This document shows, piece by piece, positions 1 through 9,004 of a DNA stretch of 64,000 bases (within the stretch, counting starts at the first letter, position 1; each line of letters opens with the position of its first letter). A model generated the notes under the pieces. It ran no database searches. It saw only the letters and a program-made list of their open reading frames with translations, and was not told the origin of the DNA. Origin of the DNA: Gemmatimonadales bacterium. Lineage in GTDB: Bacteria > Gemmatimonadota > Gemmatimonadetes > Gemmatimonadales > Gemmatimonadaceae. The translations under genes and the position numbers were made by a program. The DNA is taken from NCBI GenBank assembly GCA_038213465.1, contig JBBQTA010000007.1, forward strand, positions 75,488 to 139,487, read 5' to 3'.

Positions 1-647
1 GGCGAGTACTTCCACTTCTTGATCCAGTCTTTCTGCCGTTCGATGTTGTTGGCCAACTGCGCTTCGATGGGAAAGCCGTCCGCGAGTTGCAGTGCCGGTG
101 CGAGCACGTCGCGCAACGACAACGTGCCATACTCGGCGAGCATGACCATCAACCCGCCCGGTGTGCCCGGCGTGAGCGCCGCCAAGGGGCCGAACTCCGG
201 TGGATGCGTGTAGCCCTTGCTTTTGTAGTACTCGGCCGTCGCGCCGGTCGGTGCGACACCAAGCGCGTTGATGCCGATGACCTTCTTCGTGGTAGGATTG
301 TAGATCAGCGCCTGCGTCTCTCCGCCGCAGTGCAGCGTGTCCCACAGCGTGCACGTCGCGGCGAGCATGGCGGCCGCCGCATCAACCGCGTTGCCACCCT
401 TCTGAAACATCATCGCACCCGCCGTCGCGCCGAGTGGCTTGCCGGTGATTGCCATCCAGTGACGGCCGTGCAGCGGCGGCTTTTGCGTGGTGGAGCGGCG
501 TGGATCGGCGGACTGCACGGGCCGGCCCTCGGTCGCCCCCTGCGCGTCGACGGACCGGAGCGGAAGCACCAGCGGCAGCGTTGCGACGACCGTTACGGTC
601 ATCAGCATGCGCACAGCGGCGCGGGTGACCAGGCGGGATGACAGCAT
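1..647 (-). CDS. Gamma-glutamyltransferase family protein, N-terminal part (runs off the window start)
   Basis: Manual translation from ATG at 647: signal-like MLSSRLVTRAAVRMLMTVTVVATLPLVLP, then KPPLHGRHWMAITGKPLGATAGAMMFQKGGNAVDAAAA, GGETQALIYNP and TPGTPGGLMVMLAEYGTLSL, typical of a GGT large subunit. Absent from the ORF track because the stop lies outside the window. Confidence 0.85.
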   Translation of the reverse strand, partial: MLSSRLVTRAAVRMLMTVTVVATLPLVLPLRSVDAQGATEGRPVQSADPRRSTTQKPPLHGRHWMAITGKPLGATAGAMMFQKGGNAVDAAAAMLAATCTLWDTLHCGGETQALIYNPTTKKVIGINALGVAPTGATAEYYKSKGYTHPPEFGPLAALTPGTPGGLMVMLAEYGTLSLRDVLAPALQLADGFPIEAQLANNIERQKDWIKKWKYS

Positions 648-978
648 GGGGCAGATCCGGTGAGTGGCGGCCGAGACGATCAGGCGGCGGAGTCGATGGG
701 CAGGCATCGAGCGATCGACGCTGGTAGCGATCGGTGTAACGTCGGCGCCACACGGCTCGCTGTCCATCCCTGGCGAGCGGGGCCGAAACGGTCACGGACG
801 CGGCGCATTCATGCGCCTTGAACCGACACTCGCTGGCGCTCCTGCGTCCGACACGGTATGGTCACGGTCCCGCCGTGTACGACTTGCGCCGCGATCGATC
901 GGCGCCTTGCTCGCCCCTCCGCCGCAACACCCCGCGCCCCGTACGCCCCCACCCCACACCCTTCGGGAGGCACCAGCC

Positions 979-1413
979 ATGCCGACAATCCGCGACATCC
1001 TCGTTCGGAAAGGGACGGATATCGTCTCGGTGCACCCCAGCACGACGGTCCTCGAGGCCGCGGCACTCATGAACGAGCGCGGAATCGGTGGGGTGCTCGT
1101 GCTCGATGGCGGGCAGCTCGCCGGTATTTTCAGTGAGCGCGATGTGATGCGTCGGGTGGTGGCAGCACGGCGCGATCCGGCTACCACGATTGTCGGCGAT
1201 GTGATGACCGCCAACGTGGTGACCACTACCATCGACGTGAAGATCGCTGAATGTCGTGCCATCATGACCACTCGGCGCATTCGCCATCTGCCGGTGCTCA
1301 GTGCCGACGGCATCGTCGGCGTGATCACAACTGGCGACATCCTCGCGTTCGAGGTGGATATGCAGGAAGCGCAGATCAATGCGCTGCAGAGCTACGTCTT
1401 CAGTACGAGATGA
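979..1413 (+). CDS. CBS-domain pair protein
   Basis: Start moved to ATG 979, with GGGAGG at 965-970. Two CBS repeats (VLEAAALMNERGIGGVLV...GIFSERD; MTTRRIRHLPV...GVITTGDI). Confidence 0.9.
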   Translation: MPTIRDILVRKGTDIVSVHPSTTVLEAAALMNERGIGGVLVLDGGQLAGIFSERDVMRRVVAARRDPATTIVGDVMTANVVTTTIDVKIAECRAIMTTRRIRHLPVLSADGIVGVITTGDILAFEVDMQEAQINALQSYVFSTR

Positions 1414-1428
1414 GCTGAGGGCTCGAGC

Positions 1429-2091
1429 TCAGCCGCGCGTGCGGCGACGCGCCGCGACGAACAGACCGCCTGCACCGACCAGCATGAGCGCGAGACTCGA
1501 GGGCTCAGGGACCACAGTCGCCACCGGTGCCTCTGCGATCACGAGATCGTTCACGGTCGGCCACGCGAAGTCCACGGTCGGGAGTTCCGCCTCGACCGTG
1601 AGCGACACGATATCCGAGCCGGAAACAAAGCCTAAGAAGCTTCCGACGGTCGCATCGACCAGCGTGCGCATTGTGGTGCCGCCGATGTTCGTTGCTGACA
1701 AGAAGAGATTCGTGCCGGGTCGTACGCCGCCGTTCGCGTCGCTGCCGAAGAAGAATCCGCCGATCCCGCGTACCGTCGATCCGAATCCGCTGAAGGTGAT
1801 GATGTCGGTCGAGGTATTCGTGGAGAGCCACGTATCCGAAACCGATCCCGTGCCGAAGAACGACGTCGTGTTGACCGTCGCGGAGTACGCGTAGCCGCCG
1901 GCCAGACGGTTCAACGGAGACGCCGGCGCATCGAAAACGGCGATGTCATCGAAGGTATCGGTGCCGGCATTCGATGTTGCCGCGAGGAACGAGGCGAGGT
2001 CGGAGTAGACCACGAACTGCGCGCGTGCCGTGGCGGGAAGCGCAACGAGCGCAACGGCGAGTAGCAGCCGGGAAAGTGATGCAAGACGCAT
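1429..2091 (-). CDS. PEP-CTERM sorting domain protein
   Basis: N-terminal signal peptide (ATARA-Q). C-terminal VPEPSSLALMLVGAGGLFVAARRR: PEP motif, TM helix, basic tail. Confidence 0.9.
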   Translation of the reverse strand: MRLASLSRLLLAVALVALPATARAQFVVYSDLASFLAATSNAGTDTFDDIAVFDAPASPLNRLAGGYAYSATVNTTSFFGTGSVSDTWLSTNTSTDIITFSGFGSTVRGIGGFFFGSDANGGVRPGTNLFLSATNIGGTTMRTLVDATVGSFLGFVSGSDIVSLTVEAELPTVDFAWPTVNDLVIAEAPVATVVPEPSSLALMLVGAGGLFVAARRRTRG

Positions 2092-2169
2092 GAGCGGAAG
2101 ATCCGGTTGGATGATCGAAGTGACGCGGCGACGATCGTACGTCGCCGCGTAAGGCTGAACAAACGTGTA

Positions 2170-4806
2170 TCAGAACGGCGAGCAGGTGATGAAGCCGCGG
2201 CGCAGGGCAAACCCGCCGGTCTCGCTGTCATCCGCCCAGAGCGCGGGGCGCTGGCCATTCACGCATTCGGCGAGCGGTCCGTACGTGAATCCTTCGTTGT
2301 TCACGTCTGGCATGCCGGTCGGGCGGTCGAAGCGCTGCGACACCACGAAGCGCCCGAGCGTCGGCGACACTGCCTGTGTGTCGATTTTGAGCACGGCCGA
2401 ACGTCCGTTGCACGTATTGTCACAGGTGGCCCAGATGTGCCCAAGTTCGGCATCGAACGAAATGTCCATGATGCTCGCATAACCGCTCGAGAAGGTCGCT
2501 ACGCGCGTGAACGTCCCGTTGGTGTGGTTGAGCGCGTATGCGTAGATGTTGCCATTGGCCTCGACACCCACGAAGAACAGGCCGCCGCCGTTGCTCGGAT
2601 AGTCGGCCGGGTTGTACGCGCGGTTTTTGCTCTCATCGAAGAAGCTCCGCGCGACGAGGAAGCTGTCCGGCACGCGGGTGATGGCTTCAAGGCCGAGGTT
2701 CGCACCGTTCGCGGGCAGGTCGGCGGTCAGGTCCCACTCGAGATTGGCCACCAGCACCGGCCCCCGTTCCACTGAGACGTCGTAGCGTAGAATGCTGTTG
2801 CGGCTCACGGAGTTGCTTGCGTTGTTGCGTTCAGCCGCCACGTAGATCGACGACCCCACGCCCGTCACGCCTTCTGCGTCGACGTCACCGGTGCCGTTGG
2901 GATAGCGGAGCGCCTTGCCGTTCGTCCACGTGCGCGTCGCACGCGGTGTCCAGACGCCGTTCACGAATGTGAGTCGGTGGAGCGTGCCCGGCCCGTTCCT
3001 GACCGCCCAGACCACTCCCGTTGGAAGGCCGGTCAGCGGCTGGTAGAACAGCCCGCTCATGTTGCCGCCGAACACGCCGCCGGCATCGGCCGTGCTGATG
3101 GTCTGCGCGCCGGGCCACGGCGAGAAAACGATCGCGCCGGGGCAGGCGTTCGCAGCGCCCTTGGTCGACACCGTCGTGGTGGCGAATGGACCGTTGCCGT
3201 TCGGGCACCGACCATACGTGGTCGTCGCGTGCACCGCCCACATGTAACTGTCGACCAGCGTCGTGCCATCGGCCAGGAACAGCCGTACCGCATCTGCGCC
3301 GCCCAGGCCAAAGCCGCCCAGTCCGACGCCGAACTGCGCCTCGTCGACGACCAGATATCCCCCAGCGACGATCGTCGAGCCGGATGGCAGGACATAGGTC
3401 GAGGCGTTGTTGTTGTCGCGCAGAACGTAGCCCGTCAGATCGACGGTGGCTGCGCCAGCGTTGAAGAGTTCGACCCAGTCGCCCGGCGTTCCCTGGTTCG
3501 ACTCCACTTCATTGATTCGCACCGCCGCGCCGCAATCGTTCGGCGTGCCGCGCGTGGACGTCGTGCTGGTCTGGAATGCGCCGGTACCATCCGGGCAGCG
3601 CGCGTACGTGGTCGTGGCGTGTGCCGTCCAGCGATAGCTGTCCACCAGCGTCACGCCACCCGGGGCGAACAGACGCGCCTCGTCGGCCCCGCCGAGCCCG
3701 AAACCGAACTGTGCCTCGTCCAGCAACAGGAACCCACCCGGCGCGATCACCGTATTCGATGGAATGATGTACTGCCGAGTGTTGTCGTTGTCGCGGAAGA
3801 AGTAGCCGCCAAGGTCTACGGGCACGTTGCCCGTGTTATACAGCTCGACCCAGTCGCCCGGCGTCCCGCCATTCGATTCGACTTCGTTGACCTTGATCGC
3901 GGTCGACGCCGCGGCACAGGAGTTGGCTGTTCCCTTGGTCGGCGCGGCCGTCTGTACAAATCCGCCGATGCCATCGGGGCAGCGACCGTACGTCGTCACC
4001 GCATGAGCCGACCAGGCGTAGCTGTCCACCAACGTCGTGCCATCAGGGCGGAACAGGCGAGCCTCGTCCGGCGCACCAATGCCGAACGGGAGCTGCGCCT
4101 CCTCGATCACGAAGTAGCCATTGGCCGGAATCGTCGTTCCCGCAGGAATCACGTATCCCGTCGCGCTGTTGTCGCGGAACACATACCCATCGAGTGCGAC
4201 CGGCGACGCCGACGGGTTGAACAGCTCCACCCAGTCGCCGGGTATACCGTTCTGCGACTCGATCTCATTGATCTTGATCAGGACGCTGCAGTCGTTCGCC
4301 GCACCCTTGGTGGAGATGCTCGTCGTCGCCCAGGCGCCGGTGCCATCAGGGCAGCGCCCGTAGGTGAGAGTCGAGTGCGCGGTCCAGGCGTAGCTGTCTA
4401 CCAGGGTGATGCCATCGGGCTCGAAGAGTCGCGCCTGGTCGTTCGCACCAAGTCCGAATCCGAACTGCGCTTCCTCCAACACCAGGAAGCCGCTGGCGGG
4501 AACGATCGTGCCGGCGGGGAGCACGTACTGCCGTGTGTTGTCGCTGTCGCGGAACATGTAGCCGGAGAGATCCACCGGCACCGCGCTCGTGTTGTAGAAC
4601 TCCGCCCAGTCACCCGGCGTGCCGCCGTTGGACTCGACCTCGTTCACCTTGATGGCGGCGGCAGCGCCGGAGGAGGCAAGGCGAAGCCCACGTTCGCCGG
4701 CTCGCGACGCCACGGCCGGACCCGTCGTACCATCGTTGGGTGCGCAGCTGGCGAGCAGCAGCAGCGCGAGGAAGCGTATGCTGGCAGAGACGGACCGGTG
4801 AGTCAC
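2170..4806 (-). CDS. Putative lipoprotein with four lamin-tail-like (LTD) repeats and a C-terminal beta-propeller-like domain
   Basis: Lipobox-like LLLASC. Four copies of IxxNEVES...DWVELYN...VDL.GY...RD...FG.GLG..D.ARLF...LVDSY.W......YGRCP.G.G. GTG 4806 chosen because it places the lipobox near the N-terminus; the ORF track starts at 4878. Confidence 0.8.
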   Translation of the reverse strand: MTHRSVSASIRFLALLLLASCAPNDGTTGPAVASRAGERGLRLASSGAAAAIKVNEVESNGGTPGDWAEFYNTSAVPVDLSGYMFRDSDNTRQYVLPAGTIVPASGFLVLEEAQFGFGLGANDQARLFEPDGITLVDSYAWTAHSTLTYGRCPDGTGAWATTSISTKGAANDCSVLIKINEIESQNGIPGDWVELFNPSASPVALDGYVFRDNSATGYVIPAGTTIPANGYFVIEEAQLPFGIGAPDEARLFRPDGTTLVDSYAWSAHAVTTYGRCPDGIGGFVQTAAPTKGTANSCAAASTAIKVNEVESNGGTPGDWVELYNTGNVPVDLGGYFFRDNDNTRQYIIPSNTVIAPGGFLLLDEAQFGFGLGGADEARLFAPGGVTLVDSYRWTAHATTTYARCPDGTGAFQTSTTSTRGTPNDCGAAVRINEVESNQGTPGDWVELFNAGAATVDLTGYVLRDNNNASTYVLPSGSTIVAGGYLVVDEAQFGVGLGGFGLGGADAVRLFLADGTTLVDSYMWAVHATTTYGRCPNGNGPFATTTVSTKGAANACPGAIVFSPWPGAQTISTADAGGVFGGNMSGLFYQPLTGLPTGVVWAVRNGPGTLHRLTFVNGVWTPRATRTWTNGKALRYPNGTGDVDAEGVTGVGSSIYVAAERNNASNSVSRNSILRYDVSVERGPVLVANLEWDLTADLPANGANLGLEAITRVPDSFLVARSFFDESKNRAYNPADYPSNGGGLFFVGVEANGNIYAYALNHTNGTFTRVATFSSGYASIMDISFDAELGHIWATCDNTCNGRSAVLKIDTQAVSPTLGRFVVSQRFDRPTGMPDVNNEGFTYGPLAECVNGQRPALWADDSETGGFALRRGFITCSPF
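3142..4653 (-). repeat. Four intragenic tandem repeats of about 365-380 nt (LTD-like modules)
   Basis: Units at about 4653-4288, 4278-3916, 3897-3532 and 3522-3142. Each starts I/V-K/R-V/I-NE and ends in N-x-C. Confidence 0.9.
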
Positions 4807-5134
4807 GGCGGTACCTGAGGAGTCGGGACGAACATCACGAACGGGGAGATCCGGAGGCCGGATCGACGAGTCCCCCAATGATGGAACGAATTGTCACAGC
4901 AGTCCCGCTGCATTGTCTCGGCGAAGTCACGAGCGATCCCCATCCTGCTCCCTCCGAATGTCGTCGACTCCGGGAAGGCGTGACTGCTGCCGATACTCCG
5001 CTCAGAGGATCATCATGTTGCGGCGCCCAAGCACCAGCAGATGCAGCCGCACGTGCGCCCGCACGTGAATCCTCGCGTCAGGTCCGCCGTCGGGCCGGTC
5101 ATGTCCGTTCCCGATCTTCCCGGTACGAATTCTG

Positions 5135-6901
5135 GTGCGCTGCAACGGATGCTGGATCCTGCGTGCGATCACGACTGGTCTGACGCTTGTCGGACTGGCG
5201 AATTCCTCGCGCGCGCAGACGACGTCGGTGCCAACCCGGTTCGGTCAGCCGACGGCGGTGCCCCTCGTGGTAACCTCCGTACACGATGCCCAGCGTATCG
5301 TCGACTCGCTGGTGGCCAGTCGGGCGCCGGCCCGCGAGCTCGGGGCGGCGTACAAACAGCTTGGCGACGCGTTAGACGTGGCCGACGTGCATCAGCTGGC
5401 CAGTGAAGCGTATCTGCGCAGCATCGCACTGGCGCGACAGGCGGCTGATTCCCTGGTGCTCGCCGACGCACAATACGGACTGGGATTGCTGCATTGGCGT
5501 CGCAACCGCTACGACACGGCCCTCACCTATCTCCGTCCGGCGCTTGCGTTGCGTGAGCAGGGAAACGACCGGGCAGCGATGGGTCGCGTCCTGAATACCA
5601 TCGGCGCGTGCTTCTACCAACTCGGGCAATACGAGTACGCCCTCAACGCCTTCGTGCGTTCGCTGGCATTGCGCCGCGAAGCGCACGATAGCGCGGGCAT
5701 GGCGCGTATTCTCACCAACATCGGCAAGACATATCAGGATTGGCGACAATACCGGCGGGCACGACAAGTGCTGGACGAGGCCGTGGCGATTGCCTCCCGC
5801 GTGGACAACCCGGCCGTGCTCGGATACGCGCTGAACAGCTTGGCCATGCTCTACGTGGATATGGGCGAGTTTACACCCGTACGTCCGTTACTGATGAAGT
5901 CCAGAGCGGCGTACAGCGCTGGACGAGCACACGTGACGCTCGCGGACTCGCTGAGTGGATGGTCGCTGAACACCTTGACCATGGGCATCCTGCTGACGCG
6001 CGAGGGGCGCGCCGCGGACGCGCTGCTGGTGCTCGATTCGGTGCTGGCGGCAGGCGAACAACGCGGTAGCGTGCGCGGCCAGGCGCGTGCGCTGCTCTAT
6101 CTGGGCGAGGCGTACCGTCGTCTGCAGCGACCGGCGCGGGCGAAGACGGCGTTGACAGAGTCGTTGCGCCTGTCCCGCAGTGTCGAACAGCGCGTCATGG
6201 CACTGGACGCGCTGGAAGCGCTGGCGGATGTCGAGGAGGCAGGCGGTCGCCCGGGCGATGCGCTTCGCCATCTGCGCGCATTCCAATTGCTCCGCGATAC
6301 CATCTTCGATCAGTCCACGGCGCAGCATCTGGCCACCCTGGAGGCGAGCGCGGAAGCGGAGCGTCAGCAAGATGAAAACGAGCGACTGCGCGAGAAGCAG
6401 CGCGTTCACACGCTCATCATTCAGCGGCAGCGTGCGGTGGGCGCGCTCGGCGCGGTCATTGTCGTGCTGTCCGCGTCGCTGCTGCTGCTGTCGGTGTACT
6501 TCATTCGACGGGGGCGTGCGCGCGAACGAGCACTGGCACGGGCGAACAGCGATCTCGCCGAAGCGAATAAGGATCTTCGCCATGCCCTGTCGGAGGTGAA
6601 CACCCTCTCCGGACTCATTCCGATCTGTGCGTCATGCAAATCGGTACGCGACGATCGTGGCTATTGGGAATCGGTGGAGACGTATATCGCGAACCGGTCC
6701 GACGCCACGTTCACGCACGGCATCTGCCAATCGTGCGGCCCCAGGCTTTACGGCGATTTTTGGGCGGAAGAGCCGAGCGCGCCATTAGCTGCAGCGTCAC
6801 ATGTCCGACGCGCGGATGCCCCGGACTCGCATGCCGGAGCGACTGCCGGCGAAATCATCGGCGCTGGAGCGGGCAGCGCCCACGGCACGGCGCGCGCGTA
6901 G
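5135..6901 (+). CDS. TPR-repeat membrane sensor-like protein with a C-terminal Cys-rich cytoplasmic domain
   Basis: Signal-like N-terminus; several TPRs (MGRVLNTIGACFYQLGQYEYAL; MARILTNIGKTYQDWRQY); TM helix AVGALGAVIVVLSASLLLLSVYFI; coiled coil; then LSGLIPICASCKSVRDDRGYWESVETYI...FTHGICQSC. Confidence 0.85.
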   Translation: MRCNGCWILRAITTGLTLVGLANSSRAQTTSVPTRFGQPTAVPLVVTSVHDAQRIVDSLVASRAPARELGAAYKQLGDALDVADVHQLASEAYLRSIALARQAADSLVLADAQYGLGLLHWRRNRYDTALTYLRPALALREQGNDRAAMGRVLNTIGACFYQLGQYEYALNAFVRSLALRREAHDSAGMARILTNIGKTYQDWRQYRRARQVLDEAVAIASRVDNPAVLGYALNSLAMLYVDMGEFTPVRPLLMKSRAAYSAGRAHVTLADSLSGWSLNTLTMGILLTREGRAADALLVLDSVLAAGEQRGSVRGQARALLYLGEAYRRLQRPARAKTALTESLRLSRSVEQRVMALDALEALADVEEAGGRPGDALRHLRAFQLLRDTIFDQSTAQHLATLEASAEAERQQDENERLREKQRVHTLIIQRQRAVGALGAVIVVLSASLLLLSVYFIRRGRARERALARANSDLAEANKDLRHALSEVNTLSGLIPICASCKSVRDDRGYWESVETYIANRSDATFTHGICQSCGPRLYGDFWAEEPSAPLAAASHVRRADAPDSHAGATAGEIIGAGAGSAHGTARA

Positions 6902-6933
6902 AGTATTCCACGCGCGCGTCGTGTGCGCTGGAC

Positions 6934-7446
6934 CTACATGGCGCCCATTTTCAGGTCGCCGCAGGCCACGATGGTGCCGAGATCGGTCGGCGACATGTGC
7001 ACGTTCACATGAAAATCGCCCGACGTCGGGGCGGGAACGTTGACCGTCGCCATCGAGGTCGCGGCACCGTTCGCATCGGCCGTCAACGGCGCGTAATCGG
7101 TCGGCGGTCCAACGATATCGCCGCCGCTGCTGCAGCTGCCGACGTGCACGTGCCACGGGTGTACCCCGTTGGCCGGCGCGCCGGTGATTGCGATTTCAAC
7201 CGCCGTCGTCCCGGGCGTCGAGCCCGGCATCGCAGACGCGGTGCCGACTACCATCGTGCCGCCCTTCGATTCGAGCGTCGTGGTCCACTTCCCTGCGTCC
7301 GACGACATGCTCTCCATCGCCGGCGCCGACATGGCCGCCGCTGCCGAATCCGTATTCTGTGCCTTCTCGCCGCCACAGGCGACCAACGAACTCAGCGCAA
7401 CGATGACGCCGACTCCCTGCAGACTCCGCCACGATACACTGCGCAT
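6934..7446 (-). CDS. Cu/Zn superoxide dismutase-fold lipoprotein (SOD-like)
   Basis: GGAGG before ATG 7446; lipobox LVAC; PWHVHVGSC, FHVNVH and IVACGDL resemble the copper-site strands and terminal motif of the Sod_Cu fold. Confidence 0.65.
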   Translation of the reverse strand: MRSVSWRSLQGVGVIVALSSLVACGGEKAQNTDSAAAAMSAPAMESMSSDAGKWTTTLESKGGTMVVGTASAMPGSTPGTTAVEIAITGAPANGVHPWHVHVGSCSSGGDIVGPPTDYAPLTADANGAATSMATVNVPAPTSGDFHVNVHMSPTDLGTIVACGDLKMGAM

Positions 7447-7646
7447 GCGACCTCCACCGAACAGGTGAATGATAGGATGATTCGACCCCGCCTCACCAAC
7501 CGTCAGAACGACACTGGCCCGGGCATCACTGGTACATATGCACAATCCGTGCTCACGGTGCCCGGCATCTTGTGATGCACGTCGGAGGTCGCAGACAGGC
7601 TCATCCGGAGCGATGTGATCTCACGCTACCTCGGTTGCGCATGGAC

Positions 7647-7668
7647 GTGCTATACTCCTATATATCAC
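7647..7668 (+). promoter_or_regulatory. Imperfect inverted repeat (putative GntR operator) overlapping an extended -10 promoter
   Basis: GTGCTATA-ctccta-TATATCAC (7 of 8 arm match). Contains TGcTATACT at 7648-7656 and ends 5 nt before the GntR ATG at 7674. Confidence 0.65.
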
Positions 7669-7673
7669 CTTCA

Positions 7674-8093
7674 ATGCAACTCTTCATTCGACCGGGCGAC
7701 GATCTACCGATATACCGGCAGATCATGCGGCAGATGATGGATGCCATTGCCGGCGGACGGCTCGCGGCCGGCGAACAGCTGCCGTCACACCGCGATCTGA
7801 GCGAGCAGCTCGTCATCGCGCCGCTCACGGTAAAGAAAGCCTACGACGAACTGGAGGCACTGGGCTACGTCGCGACGCAGCGCGGACGCGGCACCTTTGT
7901 CGCCGCACGATTGCCCCGCACCGCCACGACGGTGCAACGCGCGCAGATCGAGGAGGCCGCGCGCGCGTTCGTGACACAGGCCTATCTCGCCGGACTGCGA
8001 CTGAACGAGATCGTTCAACTGATCAGGGACGCCGATCGCGAGATCTCGGCGGGACCGACATGGCATCACCGCAAGGAGAGTGCACGGCGATGA
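7674..8093 (+). CDS. GntR family transcriptional regulator, YtrA-like
   Basis: PIYRQI...G.L..GEQLPSHRDLSEQLVIAPLTVKKAYDELEALGYVATQRGRGTFV winged HTH with a short C-terminal helix. Its stop overlaps the ABC ATPase start (ATGA). Confidence 0.9.
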   Translation: MQLFIRPGDDLPIYRQIMRQMMDAIAGGRLAAGEQLPSHRDLSEQLVIAPLTVKKAYDELEALGYVATQRGRGTFVAARLPRTATTVQRAQIEEAARAFVTQAYLAGLRLNEIVQLIRDADREISAGPTWHHRKESARR

Positions 8094-9004
8094 CTGAATT
8101 GCTGGTATGGCGCGACGTAGTGCGTGGGTTCGGCGGTGCCGCACCGGTCCTCAATGGCGTCACGCTGTCGGTACAGCGAGAGGAGATCGTCGGACTGCTC
8201 GGACGCAATGGTGCCGGCAAGACGACGCTGCTGCACCTCGCCATGGGGATGCTGCATCCGCACGCCGGTACGGTACGCGTTTTCGGTCTCGCGCCCGCCG
8301 AGCATCCGGTGGCCGTCAAGCGACGCGTCGGATACGTGGCCGAAGATCAGGTCCTCCCGCCGCACTCGGCCTTCGGTGATCTTCTGGCCTTTCACCGCCA
8401 AATATTCCCGACGTGGGACGCGGCACTCGAGCGGCAGTTGCTCGACCGGTTCGGACTGCGCGACCGGAGCCGCAAGATGCGCACGCTGAGCAAGGGTGAG
8501 GCGCGGCAGGTCGCGCTCATTTGTGCGGTGTGTCATCGGCCGGAACTGCTGATGCTCGACGAACCGGCCGGCGGTCTCGATCCGGTGGCGCGCCGCGAAT
8601 TTCTGGAGACGTCCATCCAGCTGCTCAATCGCGAAGGCACGAGCATCATCTTCTCATCGCATCACATGGGCGATGTCGAGCGACTGGGCGGACGAGTGGT
8701 GCTGTTGGACGGCGGCGTCATTCGCTTGGACGCGGAGCTCGACGCGCTGCGCGAGCAACATTGTGTCGCGATCGTTCCGCGCGCTCCCGGGCTCGAGCAG
8801 TCGGCGATCGCGCGACTCCCACAGTGTCTTCGCGTGCGCACGGTCGGCAATGCGTTTCATGCGGTCTTCCGCGGCCAACCGGACATGGTGCGGTGGCAGT
8901 TGCGCGACGCGCTCGGTGTCGCCGATGCGCGTTGCGAACGCGTGCCGCTCGAAGAGCTATTCGTGGAGCTGGTCGGTGGGGAGCGGCTGGAGAAGGCGTC
9001 GTGA
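8090..9004 (+). CDS. ABC transporter ATP-binding protein
   Basis: Walker A GRNGAGKTT, signature LSKGE, Walker B LLMLDEP, H-switch SSHH. ATG 8090 overlaps the GntR stop. Confidence 0.93.
   Translation: MTELLVWRDVVRGFGGAAPVLNGVTLSVQREEIVGLLGRNGAGKTTLLHLAMGMLHPHAGTVRVFGLAPAEHPVAVKRRVGYVAEDQVLPPHSAFGDLLAFHRQIFPTWDAALERQLLDRFGLRDRSRKMRTLSKGEARQVALICAVCHRPELLMLDEPAGGLDPVARREFLETSIQLLNREGTSIIFSSHHMGDVERLGGRVVLLDGGVIRLDAELDALREQHCVAIVPRAPGLEQSAIARLPQCLRVRTVGNAFHAVFRGQPDMVRWQLRDALGVADARCERVPLEELFVELVGGERLEKAS

Noticed and set aside
3142-4653. Possible CRISPR array or DNA-level repeat element
   Set aside because: The repeats are in-frame, diverge at synonymous positions, are about 370 nt long and have no spacers; they are protein-domain repeats. 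No cas genes are present.
4880-5134. Structured ncRNA or riboswitch in the larger intergenic gaps (also 650-978 and 40980-41563)
   Set aside because: No recognisable riboswitch, tRNA or other RNA-family signature by eye; a covariance-model (Rfam/Infernal) search would be needed.
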